From NCBI GenBank assembly GCA_951406725.2, contig OX597816.1, positions 44,268,001-44,332,000 on the forward strand: DNA of 64,000 nt, read 5' to 3'. The position numbers were made by a program, and so were the translations under genes. Numbering within the stretch: position 1 is the stretch's first letter; the number at the start of each line of letters is the position of its first letter. Below, in pieces: positions 23,620 to 37,534 of this stretch. The notes beneath the pieces were generated by a model. It was given only the letters and a program-made list of their open reading frames with translations, was not told the origin of the DNA and searched no databases. Source of the DNA: Octopus vulgaris (lineage: Eukaryota).

Positions 23620-23672
23620 GGGCTTCCTGATGATTTCTTTTGAATGAAACAGTTCTAGTCCTGTAGAAGCTC
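23620..23672 (+). ncRNA. Type I hammerhead ribozyme motif in a short insert between (TA)n tracts
   Basis: gggcttc-CTGATGA-tttc(tttt)gaat-GAAA-cag...ctg-TA-gaagctc; 7-bp stem I. Confidence 0.78.
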
Positions 23673-23886
23673 CTTCTATAAAATAAATATATATATATAT
23701 ACGTACGCATATGTACGTTTTCGTTTCATATCATGAAATCATATACAAACCATAATTCTCTACTACAACCATAAAATACACAACAACAGACCATAATAGT
23801 AAATGATCTCAATATTGTCATCAATCATCACTTCTTTTCATGTTTTTGCCACTATATAATTATGTGTATATATGTTTGTATATATG

Positions 23887-23954
<68 letters not shown>

Positions 23955-24424
23955 CACACACACAAACATATATATATATATGTACGTATATATATATATA
24001 TGCATCCATGTATGCATATATACATGTATGTGTGTCTGTGTGTGTCTGTGTCTTTGTAGATAGACATCAACGGCTAAAACAAAATTTACAAAACACAAAT
24101 TTTCTTCATTAATTTTCAATGTCTTCGAGATGGTGTTTGTAATTAATTTCTATCCTTACATGAATTAAGATTGTCTAATTTTGTAGATTATATAATGCAA
24201 TATTCGATTTACCTATTCATTTTAGCTAGAAATTCCAATATCTCTTGCAAGATGGCGTCTTAATTCTTACTGTTTTTCTCATCTATCGCTATCACATTTG
24301 TTGAAGTCGTTCTCCTAGACGTCGTCTTTCTCACTGTTTTTGTTTCTTTATTTATATGCTCATTTATTTTTTTTTTATATTGAGTATTTGTAATTCTTCC
24401 TATGTGATACTATAATGATGTGTA

Positions 24425-24880
24425 GGGCTGCGAGCTGGCAGAATCGCTAGCTTGCTGGGTATAATGCTTGGTGATATCTCGCCCTTCTATATTCTGAATT
24501 CAAATTCCGCCGAGGGGTTGATGAAATAAGTACTGGGGTCGATTTAATCGTCTTATCTGCTCCCCAAAATTTCCAAAATTTGAAACCGATATTAAGCTTG
24601 CTGGGTATAGTGCTTGGTGATATCTCGCCCTTCTATATTATGAATTCAAATTCCGCCGAGGGGGTTGATGAAATAAGTACTGGGGTCGATTTAATCGTCT
24701 TATCTGCTCCCCAAAATTTCCAAAATTTGAAGCCGATATTAAAGACGTATATAAGTCAGCAGAATCGTAAGCATGCGAGACAATGCTTAGGGGCAATTCA
24801 TCCGTTTTTACGCTACGAGTTCAAACTACACTGGTGTCAACTTTGCCTCTCATCCTTTCGGGGTCGATGAAATACATACC
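24425..24880 (+). mobile_element. Diverged SINE B-type fragments with an internal duplication of about 147 bp
   Basis: gcttgctgggtata..gcttggtgatatctcgcc...ccccaaaatttccaaaatttgaa..ccgatattaa occurs twice, followed by a further Nin-like core. Confidence 0.75.
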
Positions 24881-25684
24881 AGTTGATTACTAGGGATGAT
24901 GTAACCGACATACCCACTTCCTCAAAATTGCTTCATACTCTACAACGACCCGGTCTTCTGATGTTTTCTCTCGTTTGTATCTATTAATGCATTTCTATCC
25001 ATTAAACTCTTTCTGTGTCATTGCTGGCAACAGTGAAAAGAAACAAAATCTTCCTTTTCCCCCTCTGTATTTCTTCCTTCAGTTGATTACTAGGGATGAT
25101 GTAACCGACATACCCACTTCCTCAAAATTGCTTCATTCTCTACAACGACCCGGTCTTCTGATGTTTTCTCTCGTTTGTATCTATTAATGCATTTCTATCC
25201 ATTAAACTCTTTCTGTGTCATTGCTGGCAACAGTGAAAAGAAACAAGATCTTCCTTTTTCCCCTCTGTATTTCTTCCCTCAGTTGATTACTAGGGATGAT
25301 GTAACCGACATACCCACTTCCTCAAAATTGCTTCATACTCTACAACGGCCCGGTCTTCTGATGTTTTCTCTCGTTTGTATCTATTAATGCATTTCTATCC
25401 ATTAAACTCTTTCTGTGTCATTGCTGGCAACAGTGAAGAGAAACAAAATCTTCCTTTTCCCCCTCTGTATTTCTTCCTTCAGTTGATTACTAGGGATGAT
25501 GTAACCGACATACCCACTTCCTCAAAATTGCTTCATACTCTACAACGACCCGGTCTTCTGATGTTTTCTCTCGTTTCTATCTATTAATGCATTTCTATCC
25601 ATTAAACTCGTTCTGTGTCATTGCTGGCAACAGTGAAAATAAACAAGATCTTCCTTTTCCCCCTCTGTATTTCTTCCTTCAGTT
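24881..25684. repeat. 200-bp tandem repeat, 4 copies
   Basis: agttgattactagggatgatgtaaccgac starts at 24881, 25081, 25281 and 25481. The unit begins inside a SINE 3' part. Confidence 0.95.
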
Positions 25685-26139
25685 CCTGTTTTCATTTGGG
25701 GGAGTGGGCATCTTTTAAATATTTTTTCCTGGCGTTTTATCGCCATTTGTTTGTTATTGGTCAACTATTGTCAGATTCTTTACTTGTCACTTTATATTTG
25801 TGCGTTATGAGTTCCGATAGTTTCATCTATGCGAGTGTGTTGAGTTGTTAGTGAACACAATTAGATGATTATTACAGCTGACATCTCTGACACCATCAAT
25901 CAGCATCTTCGATATTTTCACTATTTTCAGTCTTCAGCTTTCATATTTAAATTATGAGGACGAAAATATATAAATGGAAGGAGAAAGGGGGCTCAGATAG
26001 AATATTGATAGTGTATTGAGTTGCGAGCCGAAGCAAATTATGGAAACTGAAAAATATAATTCGGTATGATGAGGCGACCATAGTAGCTGCGTAGAATAAA
26101 CAAGTAGCAAGGTTTATAGATTAACCTGTTATTATAGCC

Positions 26140-26972
26140 TGATCTACAAGCAACAGACGATAAGCAGGTTCATCAATTAGAGAACCATGAGAAATAAAAG
26201 ACAAAGAAGAAGCAAAAGAAAATCACTACATCAGATCTTAAACAAAGGCTCTTAAACAAACGGAAAACTCGAGCAGAAGAAGATTTAATTTGGTTTTATC
26301 TCAAAGGAGAAAAACTTCGACCAAGATCAAGAAGTTAACCAAAGAAATGACACATGGTTGTGTGCAGACGCTTCTGAAGTTCCAAGTGTTATGCATGCAA
26401 AATTTCCTGCAACTGTCATGGTTTTAGGGTTTTTCAGCAACGAAGGACATGTGATGCCTCCTTACTTCTTCTCACAAGTTAACTCTTCCCCTTACAGTGA
26501 AGTACTGGAAAGACAATGAAAGACAGTGTATGCAATGGAAGGTCATATGTGCTTCAGTAAGACGCTGCACTATCACACATGACTCTAGTAACGCAGGAAT
26601 GGATGGTTGAAAATTTTCATGATCACATAAGCACTAACATTTGGCCTCCTAATTCCCCAGATCTCAATTCATTGGATTATTACATGAGGAGCGTTGTTGA
26701 GAGAGAGGTCAATGAACATACCCATAACACCAAAGATTCTTTGAAAGCTGCCATAGTCAGAGTAATGTCCAAAATCAAGCAGGATCTCTTGATTCAAGCA
26801 TGCAGATGATTTAGATTTCATATAGAAGCAGAAGATGGCTTTATAGAACAACATTATAGAAATTTCTTTTTATCCTCATAGCATTTTTTATGAATAAATT
26901 TATTATCTGTCATTATATAGCTGCTTTTTTGTATAAACATAAACCTGTCGTCAAATATCTTACGCACCCTGT
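26140..26972 (+). mobile_element. Degenerate Tc1/mariner transposase remnant with 3' TIR
   Basis: KFPATVMVLG..S.EGHVMPPYFF, then WPPNSPDLNSLDYY (ORF 26579-26809). Ends ...gcaccctg|ta. Confidence 0.8.
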
Positions 26973-27023
26973 ATATATATATAATGATAAAACTCAGAGC
27001 GAGTTATAAACAGTAGCGGCAAC

Positions 27024-27284
<261 letters not shown>

Positions 27285-27357
27285 GTATATATATATGTAT
27301 GTATGTGTATATATATATGTATGTATGTGTATATATATATGTATGTATGTGTATATA

Positions 27358-27393
<36 letters not shown>

Positions 27394-27640
27394 TGTATGT
27401 ATACTTTTTATTGAAGGTACACAATTATCACAGAACTGTTACTCAGAGTTTTACATCTCCGCTCCTCGGACAGTTGTATTTTCGTGACAACTGTCCGAGG
27501 AGAGAAGAAACTCTGAATAACACATCTATGATAATTGTTTTTGCAGCTATAAATAAAAACATTACTCTACCTTTGATATTCAAGTACTTTTTTCCACAGT
27601 GTTTCGCACTTATATGCTCACTTGTGCGTGTACATATATA

Positions 27641-29395
27641 TTGATTGATTGATTGATTGATTCTAGTTTCAGCTTATGAGCTGTGGCCATGCTGGGGCAC
27701 CGCCATTTGGTGTTGCTACTTGGTTTCACTTCATGGAGGCTTTCTAGCAACTGCTATTTGGTGCATGAGAGAGTTCGATGCAGCTGCCCTCATCTGCCCC
27801 TCCTGCCGTGAAGTTGGTTCATCTGGGACACCTGACAGGAAGAGATCCAGCTTCATTTTAAAGACATCTGTATCCACCCCATGCAGGTCTCTCAGGTTCT
27901 TCGGGAGGATATTGAAGAGCTGTGGGCCTCGGAAGCCCAGGCTATCACAGAATCTTGTCCTACATCTTGATGGCAGGTTTGGAGTCCTAGGCACCACGCA
28001 GTGGCGCCCAGTTCTGGCATTTGCGTAACTCTCGATGCCAAAGTTCAGGACACTTCCCTCCAGGATCTTCCAGATGTATATTATGGCATATCTTTCCCGC
28101 CTACGCTCCAGGGAATATAATTTTAATCTCTTGAGTCTTTCCCAGTAGCTTACATTCTGCATAGAGGCTATCTTCTTTGTGTAGCTTCGTTGGATCGCCT
28201 CAAGTTCTGTGATCAACTTGACGCTGGATGGTGACCATAGCTGAGAGCAATAGTCAAAGTGGCTTAGGACAAGTGTCTTCCAGAGGACCATCATGGTTTC
28301 TTGTTCTCTTGTTCTAAAGGTTCTAAGAATCCATCCAGCCAGCCGTCTACATTTCATTGTCAGTTTAGCAACATGTACATGAAAGGTCGCGTCATCACTC
28401 ATGTGAATACCCAGGTCACGCACTGATTGTGCCTCTGGGATTGCAATCCCTCCGGGTCCAGTGTATTCATTGGGTATTGCATTCAGTTTTGCATGCTGAT
28501 AGTATAAAGCTTGAAACTTTCCAGCATTGAACTGCATGCTATTCTTTTCAGCCCACTTGTATATTTCGTCCAGCTCACATTGCAGGTGTTTAGTGTCCTC
28601 AGGGTTCTGTATTGCCTGTGAAACTTTGTATCATCTGCATAACTTGTGATCGTGGCTCTCTGCGTGGCTGAGGGCATGTCTGAGAGGGCCATTATGAACA
28701 GTAGTGGTCCCAGAACAGTGCCCTGCGGAACACCGCTCACTATTTGTGTGTTAATGGAGGTGGCCCCATTGGCTACTACCACCTGACTTCTATCCTTCAG
28801 AAAGTCATGAAGCCATTCTCCCAGTTTTCCAACTATGTTGAGATCACGCAGTTTGTGACATATCATTCCATGATCGACTTTATCAAAGGCCTTTGCAAAG
28901 TCGAGATATATCACTTCCACATTTGAGTGGTTGAGCAGCCGTTTCAGTACCCAGTCATAGTGTTGTAGGAGCTGAGTTAAACAGCTTCTCCCTGGTCGGA
29001 AACCATGTTGGGTGTCGGGCAGCAAGTCATTCTCTTCAAGGAAGGTGATCAGCTTCCTTCTGACTATTCGTTCCATGACCTTGCTGATGTGTGAGGTCAG
29101 AGAGATAGGTCTATAGTTCTGGGCTTCCGCTCTGCTACCTCCTTTATGAATGGGGCATATTTTACCTTCCTTCAGTTTTCCTGGAAGTTTGCCAGCTGCA
29201 AGGAAGCTCTGAAAGAGGAACTGCAGTGGTCTTGCTAGGACTCTCTTACATGCTTTTAGGAGGATTGCCGGGAATCCATCGGGGCCAGTAGCTGAGTCTG
29301 TTTTCATTTCACCTATAGCCTTGGTTACATCGTCTTCCTTTATATCGATGTAATCTATCGTCGCCGCCTCTGATTTTATATCTGCAGTGGTAAAA
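27641..29395 (-). mobile_element. 5'-truncated CR1/L2-group LINE (RT to 3' end) with (AATC)n tail
   Basis: SATGPDG, NYRPISLTS, QHGFRPGRSCLTQL, YLDFAKAFDKVDH, SGVPQGTVLGPLLF, YADDTK, RDLG, LEAIQR, YWERL..LYSLERRR. One frameshift near 28620. Confidence 0.92.
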
Positions 29396-29937
29396 AGAAA
29401 TATAAATATAATCAACAGGTAACTTTGGTTAGAAGCTTTAATAATATAACATCCAAAATATAACAAGATATATATTTCAAATTCAGTAGAGTAGGAAAAC
29501 TATATTATAGAAAAAAACAAGAACTTATATTCACAATTGGTTATAGCAATATTATACAATATGGTAAACACTAATATTATAGCAATATTGTATAATATAG
29601 CAAACGTTCCAGGCTTCATGGTTAAGTATGTAACCATTATAATTCAATCGGCGTTTATTAGAGAATAACGCTAACAACAAATACGTCCACTGAATAGTTG
29701 AAGTGTGGTTTGTAGTTTGCCGGACAGAAATATCATCCAATTAAGTAACCACATATTTCATCGTTGAGATTTCCCAGACTTACATATGTAATATTACTGG
29801 ACACTAGTTATTTATCATCAATAACAGCCTCCTAGCAATAGCCAAACATTTCCAGCGAAGCATACATAACCTTGTCGTTAGAATCATTAATGGTAAATAT
29901 TTCAACTTGAAGGCGACAGAGAAAGAAAATGAGAGAT

Positions 29938-29973
<36 letters not shown>

Positions 29974-30286
29974 ATCGAAGAAGTAATAAGAAATGGGTTG
30001 AATCGACACTCACAGAAGATTGATATATTTTAATCCAATATTCACTCGATAAGTTTCAACATTGATTTACATTCTAGGACCAAATATCAACGTCAGAAAT
30101 AATTATCCGATCGCATTCTTTTGTAACTTGACAAACGTTGAAGATGTGATCTTATGAAAAATTTCGAAAATCATTTCTATCACGTAACACCCCCCCACAC
30201 ACACACATACGTACACACATGCATATACAAACACACATACACAAATACACATACACACACAACCCTATATACACGCGTATATATAA

Positions 30287-30615
<329 letters not shown>

Positions 30616-30895
30616 TATATATATACACACACATTTATATTTATAATATATCGTTCTTTTCCTTGATATATTGTTTTAGAACGTTTAACATCCAAACCGC
30701 CAAGGATCGGCTAGAGAAACCGAAATAGCAACCAAAATCTCTTTCATCACTCGTACTTGTCATACGAAACGAAGAACACATTGAATAATATAATTCTGAT
30801 TATATATGTTTCTACACAGAAACAACTGCAAATGCTCAAATATCCAATAGCAATTGTTCTCTTCCATTACAGGAATATAACAGAAACACTAACAT

Positions 30896-31075
30896 AGGTG
30901 CAGGAGTGGCTGTGTGGTAAGTAGCTTGTTTACCAACCACAAGGTTCCGGGTTCAGTCCCACTGCGTGGCAACTTGGGCAACTGTCTTCTACTATAGCCT
31001 CGGGCCGACCAAAGCCTTGTGAGTGGATTTGGTAGATGGAAACTGAAAGAAGCCCGTCGTATATATGTATATATG

Positions 31076-31111
<36 letters not shown>

Positions 31112-31324
31112 AGTTTGTGTATCTGTGTTTGTCCCCCCAACATCGCTTGACAACCGATGCTGGTGTGTTTATGTCCCTGTCACTTAGCGGTTCGGCAAAG
31201 AAACCGATAGAATAGGTACTGGGCTTACAAAGAATAAGTCCCGGGGTCGAGTTGCTCGATTAAAGGCGGTGCTCCAGCATGGCCACAGTCAAATGACTGA
31301 AACAAGTGAAAGAGTAAAAGAGTA
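30896..31324 (+). mobile_element. SINE family A, full length (tRNA head, internal (TA/GT)n, CR1-like tail)
   Basis: A box TGGCTGTGTGG, B box GGTTCAGTCCC, tail GGCGGTGCTCCAGCATGGCCACAGTCAAATGACTGAAACAAG plus (TAAAAGAG)n. Confidence 0.9.
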
Positions 31325-32134
31325 TACCGCATAAATATCAGAAAGAAAGACATACGCACACAACTCTGAGATACCTACAGTTAACGAAGGCTGGAATCGC
31401 CAACTGGATTCCAGCACTCACCAACATAAGATATGCAATGAGGAACAACAATGGCTGTTAACAGTGCCGGTCTCCTTCTTTGTGGAGTAGGAGCAGGTTC
31501 AATTTCTAGAATTTGCATTTATAGAGATTTCATATACAAAGGCACTGCCTGCGTTTTCTGCTTCTGGTAGCTGAAATCTAAGATGGATGCAGTCTTGTTG
31601 AGTTTCGTCATACCAACAAAGTATTCGTCTATGTTGAAATTATTCATTTTCCAATCTAGCCCAGCAATGACTCCAGCAGTGTGTCATCTTTTTAATTGGA
31701 AAATGTGTATGTATGTATGTATATGTGTCATCTTCGTAGTCATAAAACGAGACAGATGAATGACAACCTGGCCACTGGTGGTGGTGTAACACACCATACT
31801 AATCATATCTCTCGGGAATGTGGAAGACAGTGTAATTCGGCAGGAGGACTTAAATGACATGCAAAGGTACATGAAACCCAGTTACAACAACAGCCGGTTA
31901 TAACCAGTAAAGGTTTTAGTTGCCAATTTTGCACAAGACATTGTAGATCTTTGGCTGGGCTAAAAAGTCACATTCGATCACAGCACCAGTAACAGTTAAG
32001 CTTCGAGCGATGGCCATACTCGATAACGAGGGGGCAGCCATAATGTATATGTGCAGATTTGTATGTTTTGCTTTATGTATGCATTCTCATGCAAATAGTT
32101 GCATATCTAGACATGTTCATATATATATCTAAAT

Positions 32135-32460
32135 GATAAACTTCTGGATAGTTTTACAGGTTTTTACATTTCCAGTGATGCATTGGATGTGTAGTCTTCA
32201 AATTAGCTTTCTCCTTTCTGGTTTTCAGAAGCCTAAATTCTCAAGATTGGTATTTAGACAGTGTGTTACATATCACAGGCCCCTAATAGTTACAGGTATT
32301 AATCTGAATTTGCAATCTAGATAGAGAGACTGCAGATTTCTCAATAGTTCAGCGTAGGTATTCTCTTTTTTATTGATCTTCAGATTCATGTTAACGTCCG
32401 CTGGGCAGCAAATTTCCACAATTGTACACGGTTTCTGTTCTATATCCCAATCATTAAATC
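32135..32460 (-). mobile_element. 3' fragment of a restriction-like-endonuclease (R2/R4-group) non-LTR retrotransposon
   Basis: Minus strand reads WDIEQKPCTIVEICCPADVNMNLKINKKENTYAELLRNLQSLY...LIPVTIRG, resembling the RLE motif (E.xCP.D.N...K...Y..L...P.xxG). Confidence 0.6.
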
Positions 32461-32711
32461 ATGTACATATATGTATGTATGTATTAATGTATGTATCTAT
32501 GTATGTATGTATGAATATTTGTATATATGTAGGTGTGTGTATGTAAGTAGGTAGATAGGTATGTATGTAGGTACGTAGGTAATCAGGTAAGTATGTGTAT
32601 ATAAGAGTGTATATATATATATATATACACACTTAGATATACATACCTGCCTACCTACATACACATATGTGTATGTGCGCGCGCGCGCGAGTATGTGTCC
32701 ATATAATATAT

Positions 32712-32749
<38 letters not shown>

Positions 32750-33091
32750 GGGGTAAAATATGAAGAATCAACGAAAATGCATATTGCAAATAGAAAAAGG
32801 CTATTTATAACAGGTAACGACAAATATATACATTTAGATTGACTGAGGTAGTAATACGAGTCATAAAGGTCATATTATGAGATGATTATAAGATGATAAT
32901 AAAGTATGAGAACAAAACGAACCAATGGTTTACGCGAAGCTATTCATTGTTTAATCATGTCATAATAATGACTTTTATGACTCGTATTACTACCTCAGTC
33001 AATCTAAATGTATATATTTGTCGCTACCAGTCATAAATAGCCTTTTTCTATTTGCAATATGCATTTTCGTTGATTCTTCATATTTTACCCT
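32750..33091. repeat. Foldback with arms of about 140 bp and a spacer of about 60 bp, inside (TA)n
   Basis: gggtaaaatatgaagaatcaacg...gagtcataaa has its reverse complement at about 32955-33091. Confidence 0.88.
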
Positions 33092-33365
33092 TACATTTCC
33101 ACGTGTATTTTATATTTTATTTTCGTAACATATTTCTACTATATATATATATATATATATAATATTAATTAGAGACAAAACCACTATTTTGCAAAACAAA
33201 CAAGGAAAGACTTAATCAATACATAAAATTTTAATAAAAAGTAAAAAAACCGCCACTACAATTGTTTCATGTCTAATGACAATCTTATATAATATTTTAC
33301 TATAAAATTGGATTTAATCCTAAATCTGATTTTTTCCCTGTAAATTTGGATTTATTCCCTAATAT

Positions 33366-33433
<68 letters not shown>

Positions 33434-33439
33434 GAATAG

Positions 33440-33785
33440 TAAAGCCCCTCCCCCACTTTGATCATAAATGACCATGTGACTGCACCTAGAATGTTCCCCT
33501 CCGGGTTCATGTCTGGGCAAGGTTATTTGCAGAAGACCAGCAGTCACCCATGCATAGCAGTCTTCCATCTCGACGATGAGGATGTTGTCCAAGTGACAGG
33601 CAATAGCCGCTGCAGCCTGGCACCAATGACGTCGCAATTCATCTCTACACCGGAGTGAACCGGAGCAACGTGAAAATATGTCTTCCCCAAGAGCACAACG
33701 CACACCATGGTCCGGAAATGGACCTCACAATGTCTCAATTGTGAGCCCAACGCTCTAACCAGTGAGTGATCCTCCATCTCGCACC
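33440..33785 (-). mobile_element. tRNA-derived SINE, third family
   Basis: Minus strand CACTGGTTAGAGCGTTGGGCTCACAA...GTTGTGCTCTTGGGGAAGACATATTTTCACGTTGCTCC. Related fragment at 14255-14375. Confidence 0.65.
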
Positions 33786-33844
33786 GCGTGCTCACACATA
33801 CATACATATTGTATGAATATACATATGTGTGTGTCTCTCTCTCT

Positions 33845-33930
<86 letters not shown>

Positions 33931-34022
33931 GTTGTATTTTATATGTATTAATTTTATTTCTATATTTTGGTTTACGTTTTTCACTGTTTGATTTGCCTAA
34001 TAGTGGTTTTATCTCTAATTTA

Positions 34023-34111
<89 letters not shown>

Positions 34112-34805
34112 GAGAGAGAGAGTGTGTTAGGTGTGGTGTACAGATATTGAATATTGAGAAAAGACGTCACCAGAATTTGGGCAAAAATCTTTTTATTTAT
34201 TCATTACTAATAGCGCTTTCGTTCTTTTTTCGGATTTGTCAAATAAAACTTTTTGAATGTTCAAGCAGCTTGTTCATTTATATAAAACAGATGTTTTGGT
34301 GGGGTTTTGTGTAGAAGAGGAGAACATGGGTTCTGTTTTTTTGGGGGTGAGGTTCCAGGACATTTGGAGATAGATAGATAGAAAGATAGGTAAGTAGGTA
34401 CGTTGATAGATAGGTAGATAGACAGATAGATAGAGAGAGAGTGGGAGAGTGAGAGGAGGGGACGGGGTATCCCCTTTCTATTCACCATTCATTCATTTAG
34501 TCATTTACCATTGTATTGAAATGGGTTTAAGGATGGTGACCACTTCAACAAAAGAAACAGGTGTGGTGTGGTTATCACTGAATATCTTTTTGCTTTCTTT
34601 CTCCATTTTTACCACTTTTTGTCTTCTTTCTTTATCCTTTTCTTCCTTTTTTCACCTCTTTCCTTCTTTTTTCTCCTCTTTCTTTTGCTCCTCTTTGAAT
34701 TATATTTAGACTACAAAATGTACTGTCTCCGCTTTTCTTTCAAACTGTCAATTTTGGAGAGAATTTGTTGAGGAAATGTAGTTCCAGTGCTTTTCGATAT
34801 TGCAG

Positions 34806-35038
34806 GGCGGCGAGCTGGCAGAAACGTTAGCACGCTGGGCGAAATTGCTTAGCGGTATTTCGTCTGTCGTTACGTTCTGAGTTCAAATTCCGCCGAGGTC
34901 GACTTTGCCTTTCATCCTTTCGGGGTCGATAAATTAAGTACCAGTTACGCACTGAGGTCGATGTAATCGACTTAATCCGTTTGTCTGTCCTTGTTTGTCC
35001 CCTCTGTGTTTAGCCCCTTGTGGGTAATAAAGAAATAG
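34806..35038 (+). mobile_element. SINE family B
   Basis: Full head, core and tail. Confidence 0.9.
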
Positions 35039-35039
35039 G

Positions 35040-35330
35040 TATTGCAGATCGTCCCGTGCACATTTGTAAAAGGGAAAAATTTTGAATTTCCCGTCACTGC
35101 ATATTTCCAGATGCTTACTTAATGGAATCTTGCGCAATTTCTCTTGCCGGATATGTTTCCTGTAGATTCCTGCAGAGGGAATTATTTGTTTCGCCAATGT
35201 AATTTTCTTTATAGTTTGGGCAGGTGATGCTGTATACTGGGTTTTGCAGTTCATATCTGCATTTATTTTGAAAAGGGATCTGCTCTTGAATTTTATGTGG
35301 AATCCACTTCCTAATATTTAAAGTTGTTGT
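35040..35330 (-). mobile_element. Penelope-like GIY-YIG fragment
   Basis: QNPVYSITCPNYKENYIGET (ORF 35115-35360), followed by HLEICSDGKFKIFPFYK. Confidence 0.7.
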
Positions 35331-35449
35331 TGTTGCATGTTCCACTTCTCTTACCTCCACATTCTTTTACTAAGAATTCTGATTCATTCTCCGATTTGAA
35401 TTCTGCCATTGTGAGATGTTTTTTTAAAGATTTTTTTGGTTGGCGTCTA

Positions 35450-36207
35450 CCATTCCATAAGGCGTTTTTTCAATCAAAAACCTCTATTTCAAAAACAAAC
35501 GTTGCAAAGCGTTTAGAGTGGAGTAAAAACCTACATAATTGGTCCATAGAGCAGCGGAAGAATATTATTTTCTCGGACGAGTCATCTTTTACCTTGTTTC
35601 CGACCACCAGCCGAGATTACGTGTGGAGATAGCCAAAACAAGCATTTGACCCAGACTACCTTCTTTCAACTGTTAAACATGGAGGAGGATCTGTGATGAT
35701 CCGAGGGACTATATCTTGGAAATCCGCCGGTCCAATGGTTTCCCTTTATGGCAGGTTTAATAGCCAAGACTATTTCGGCATACTATCTAATCAAATTCAT
35801 CCTACGATTGCGGAACTCTTTGCGGAGGGAAACATAATCTTTCAGAATTATAATACACCATTTCACACAGCTAAAGTTGTTACTGAATGGTATGAGGAAC
35901 ATTCTAGTGAAGTTCAACATCTTATCTGACGACCAGAGTCCTCAGATCTCAATATTATTGAACATTTATGGTGCATTTTAGAAAAACAATTATGGAATCG
36001 ATATTCTGTACCATCATCACCACAAGAAATGGAGACTGTTTTAGCTGAAGATTGGGCAAAAATTCCTTTGGAAACAATTCAAACTTTGTACGAGTCCATA
36101 CCTCGCAGAATTCAAGCTGTAACTACTGCCAAAGGCGGTCCTGCTCCGTATTTAAATAAATTTGTTTGAAATTTTAAGGTTTTTCCATTATTTTTTCCAA
36201 CCCTATA
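35450..36207 (+). mobile_element. Degenerate Tc1-type transposon, 3' part
   Basis: KRLEWSK, IIFSDESSF, TVKHGGGSVM, IFQ..N.P.H, SDLNIIEHLW. Ends in TIR-like ttccattattttttccaacccta|ta. Confidence 0.85.
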
Positions 36208-36229
36208 AATGTATATATATATATATATA

Positions 36230-36391
36230 ATGCGCAACACTGACTAAGTGGTAAGAAACTTGCTTCCCAACCACATGGTTCTGCGTTCAATCCCGCTGTG
36301 TGGGATCTTTGGCAAGTGTCTTCTACTACAGCCTCGGGCCGACCAAGGCTTTGTGAATGAATTTGATAAACGGAAACTGAAAGAAGCTCGT

Positions 36392-36439
<48 letters not shown>

Positions 36440-36858
36440 TAATCCAAACAAGAAAACACAGAAAAAAAAGAGAAAAAAGAGAAAAAAACACAGCAACGCA
36501 GGACGTGGAACAATTAAAGTATTATTGACGCGCAGGAAACAAGGAGAAGGAAAGATCCCAAGGAGGGAAGACAGAGGAGAAAATATTTGAGCTGGTAGTG
36601 CTCGTCTGTGTGTGTATGTGTGTGCGTGTGTGTATTTATGTGTGTTTGTGTTTGTTTGTCCCCACCACCATCGCTTGACAACAAATGCCTGTGCGTTTAT
36701 AGCCCCGCAACTTAACGGTTCGGCATAAGCGACAGATATAATAAATACTAAGCTTACAAAGAATAACACGAGGGGTAGACTTTTTCGAATAAAAGTCGGT
36801 GTTCCGACATGGCCACAGTCAAATGACTGAAAGAAGTAAAAGAAAAGAATAAAAGAAT
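36230..36858 (+). mobile_element. SINE family A, interrupted in its microsatellite by a 36434-36605 fragment related to 60020-60238
   Basis: Head at 36230-36395 and tail at 36650-36858. The insert is reverse-complement similar to 60050-60238. Confidence 0.8.
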
Positions 36859-36918
36859 ATATATTAGAGAGTATTCAGTTATAGTCGATTGTTGAATTAT
36901 TCAAAACGCATTATTACA

Positions 36919-37024
<106 letters not shown>

Positions 37025-37046
37025 ATATATATATATATATATATAT

Positions 37047-37312
37047 GGAGGCGCAATGGCCTAGGGGCAGCGGACTCGCGGTCGTAGGATCGCGGTTTCG
37101 ATTCCCAGACCTGGCGTTGTGGGTGTTTATTGAGCGAAAAAACACCCTGCTGTACTCTTTTCGCCACAACTTTCTCTCACTCTTTCTTCTGTTGGCCTGC
37201 TCGCTTAGCCAGCGGGGTGGCGTCATTTGAAGACTAAAAGAATGCGAAGCGAAATGTGACCAGCGATGTGTAGCAACATCTGATAGCCTGGTCAATCACG
37301 GTGATCACGGTG
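37047..37312 (+). mobile_element. tRNA-derived SINE, fourth type
   Basis: GGAGGCGCAATGGCCTAGGGGCAGCGGACTCGCGGTCGTAGGATCGCGGTTTCGATTCCC head with A/B boxes; (GATCACGGT) repeat at the tail. Confidence 0.7.
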
Positions 37313-37472
37313 ATATATATAATAATAATTATTATGAATTCAATTGATATATATACTTGCATGTATGTATGTATGTGGTTTTACTCTATACTCTTTATCT
37401 TATATTAAACTTTTTAATACTTTTTGATAGTTATATTTATAAAAAAAAATTAACAATAATAATAAAAATAAA

Positions 37473-37534
<62 letters not shown>

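Noticed and set aside
30896-30970. tRNA genes at SINE heads (also 37047 and 52811)
   Set aside because: Acceptor and anticodon stems are imperfect, and each head runs into a repeated SINE body.
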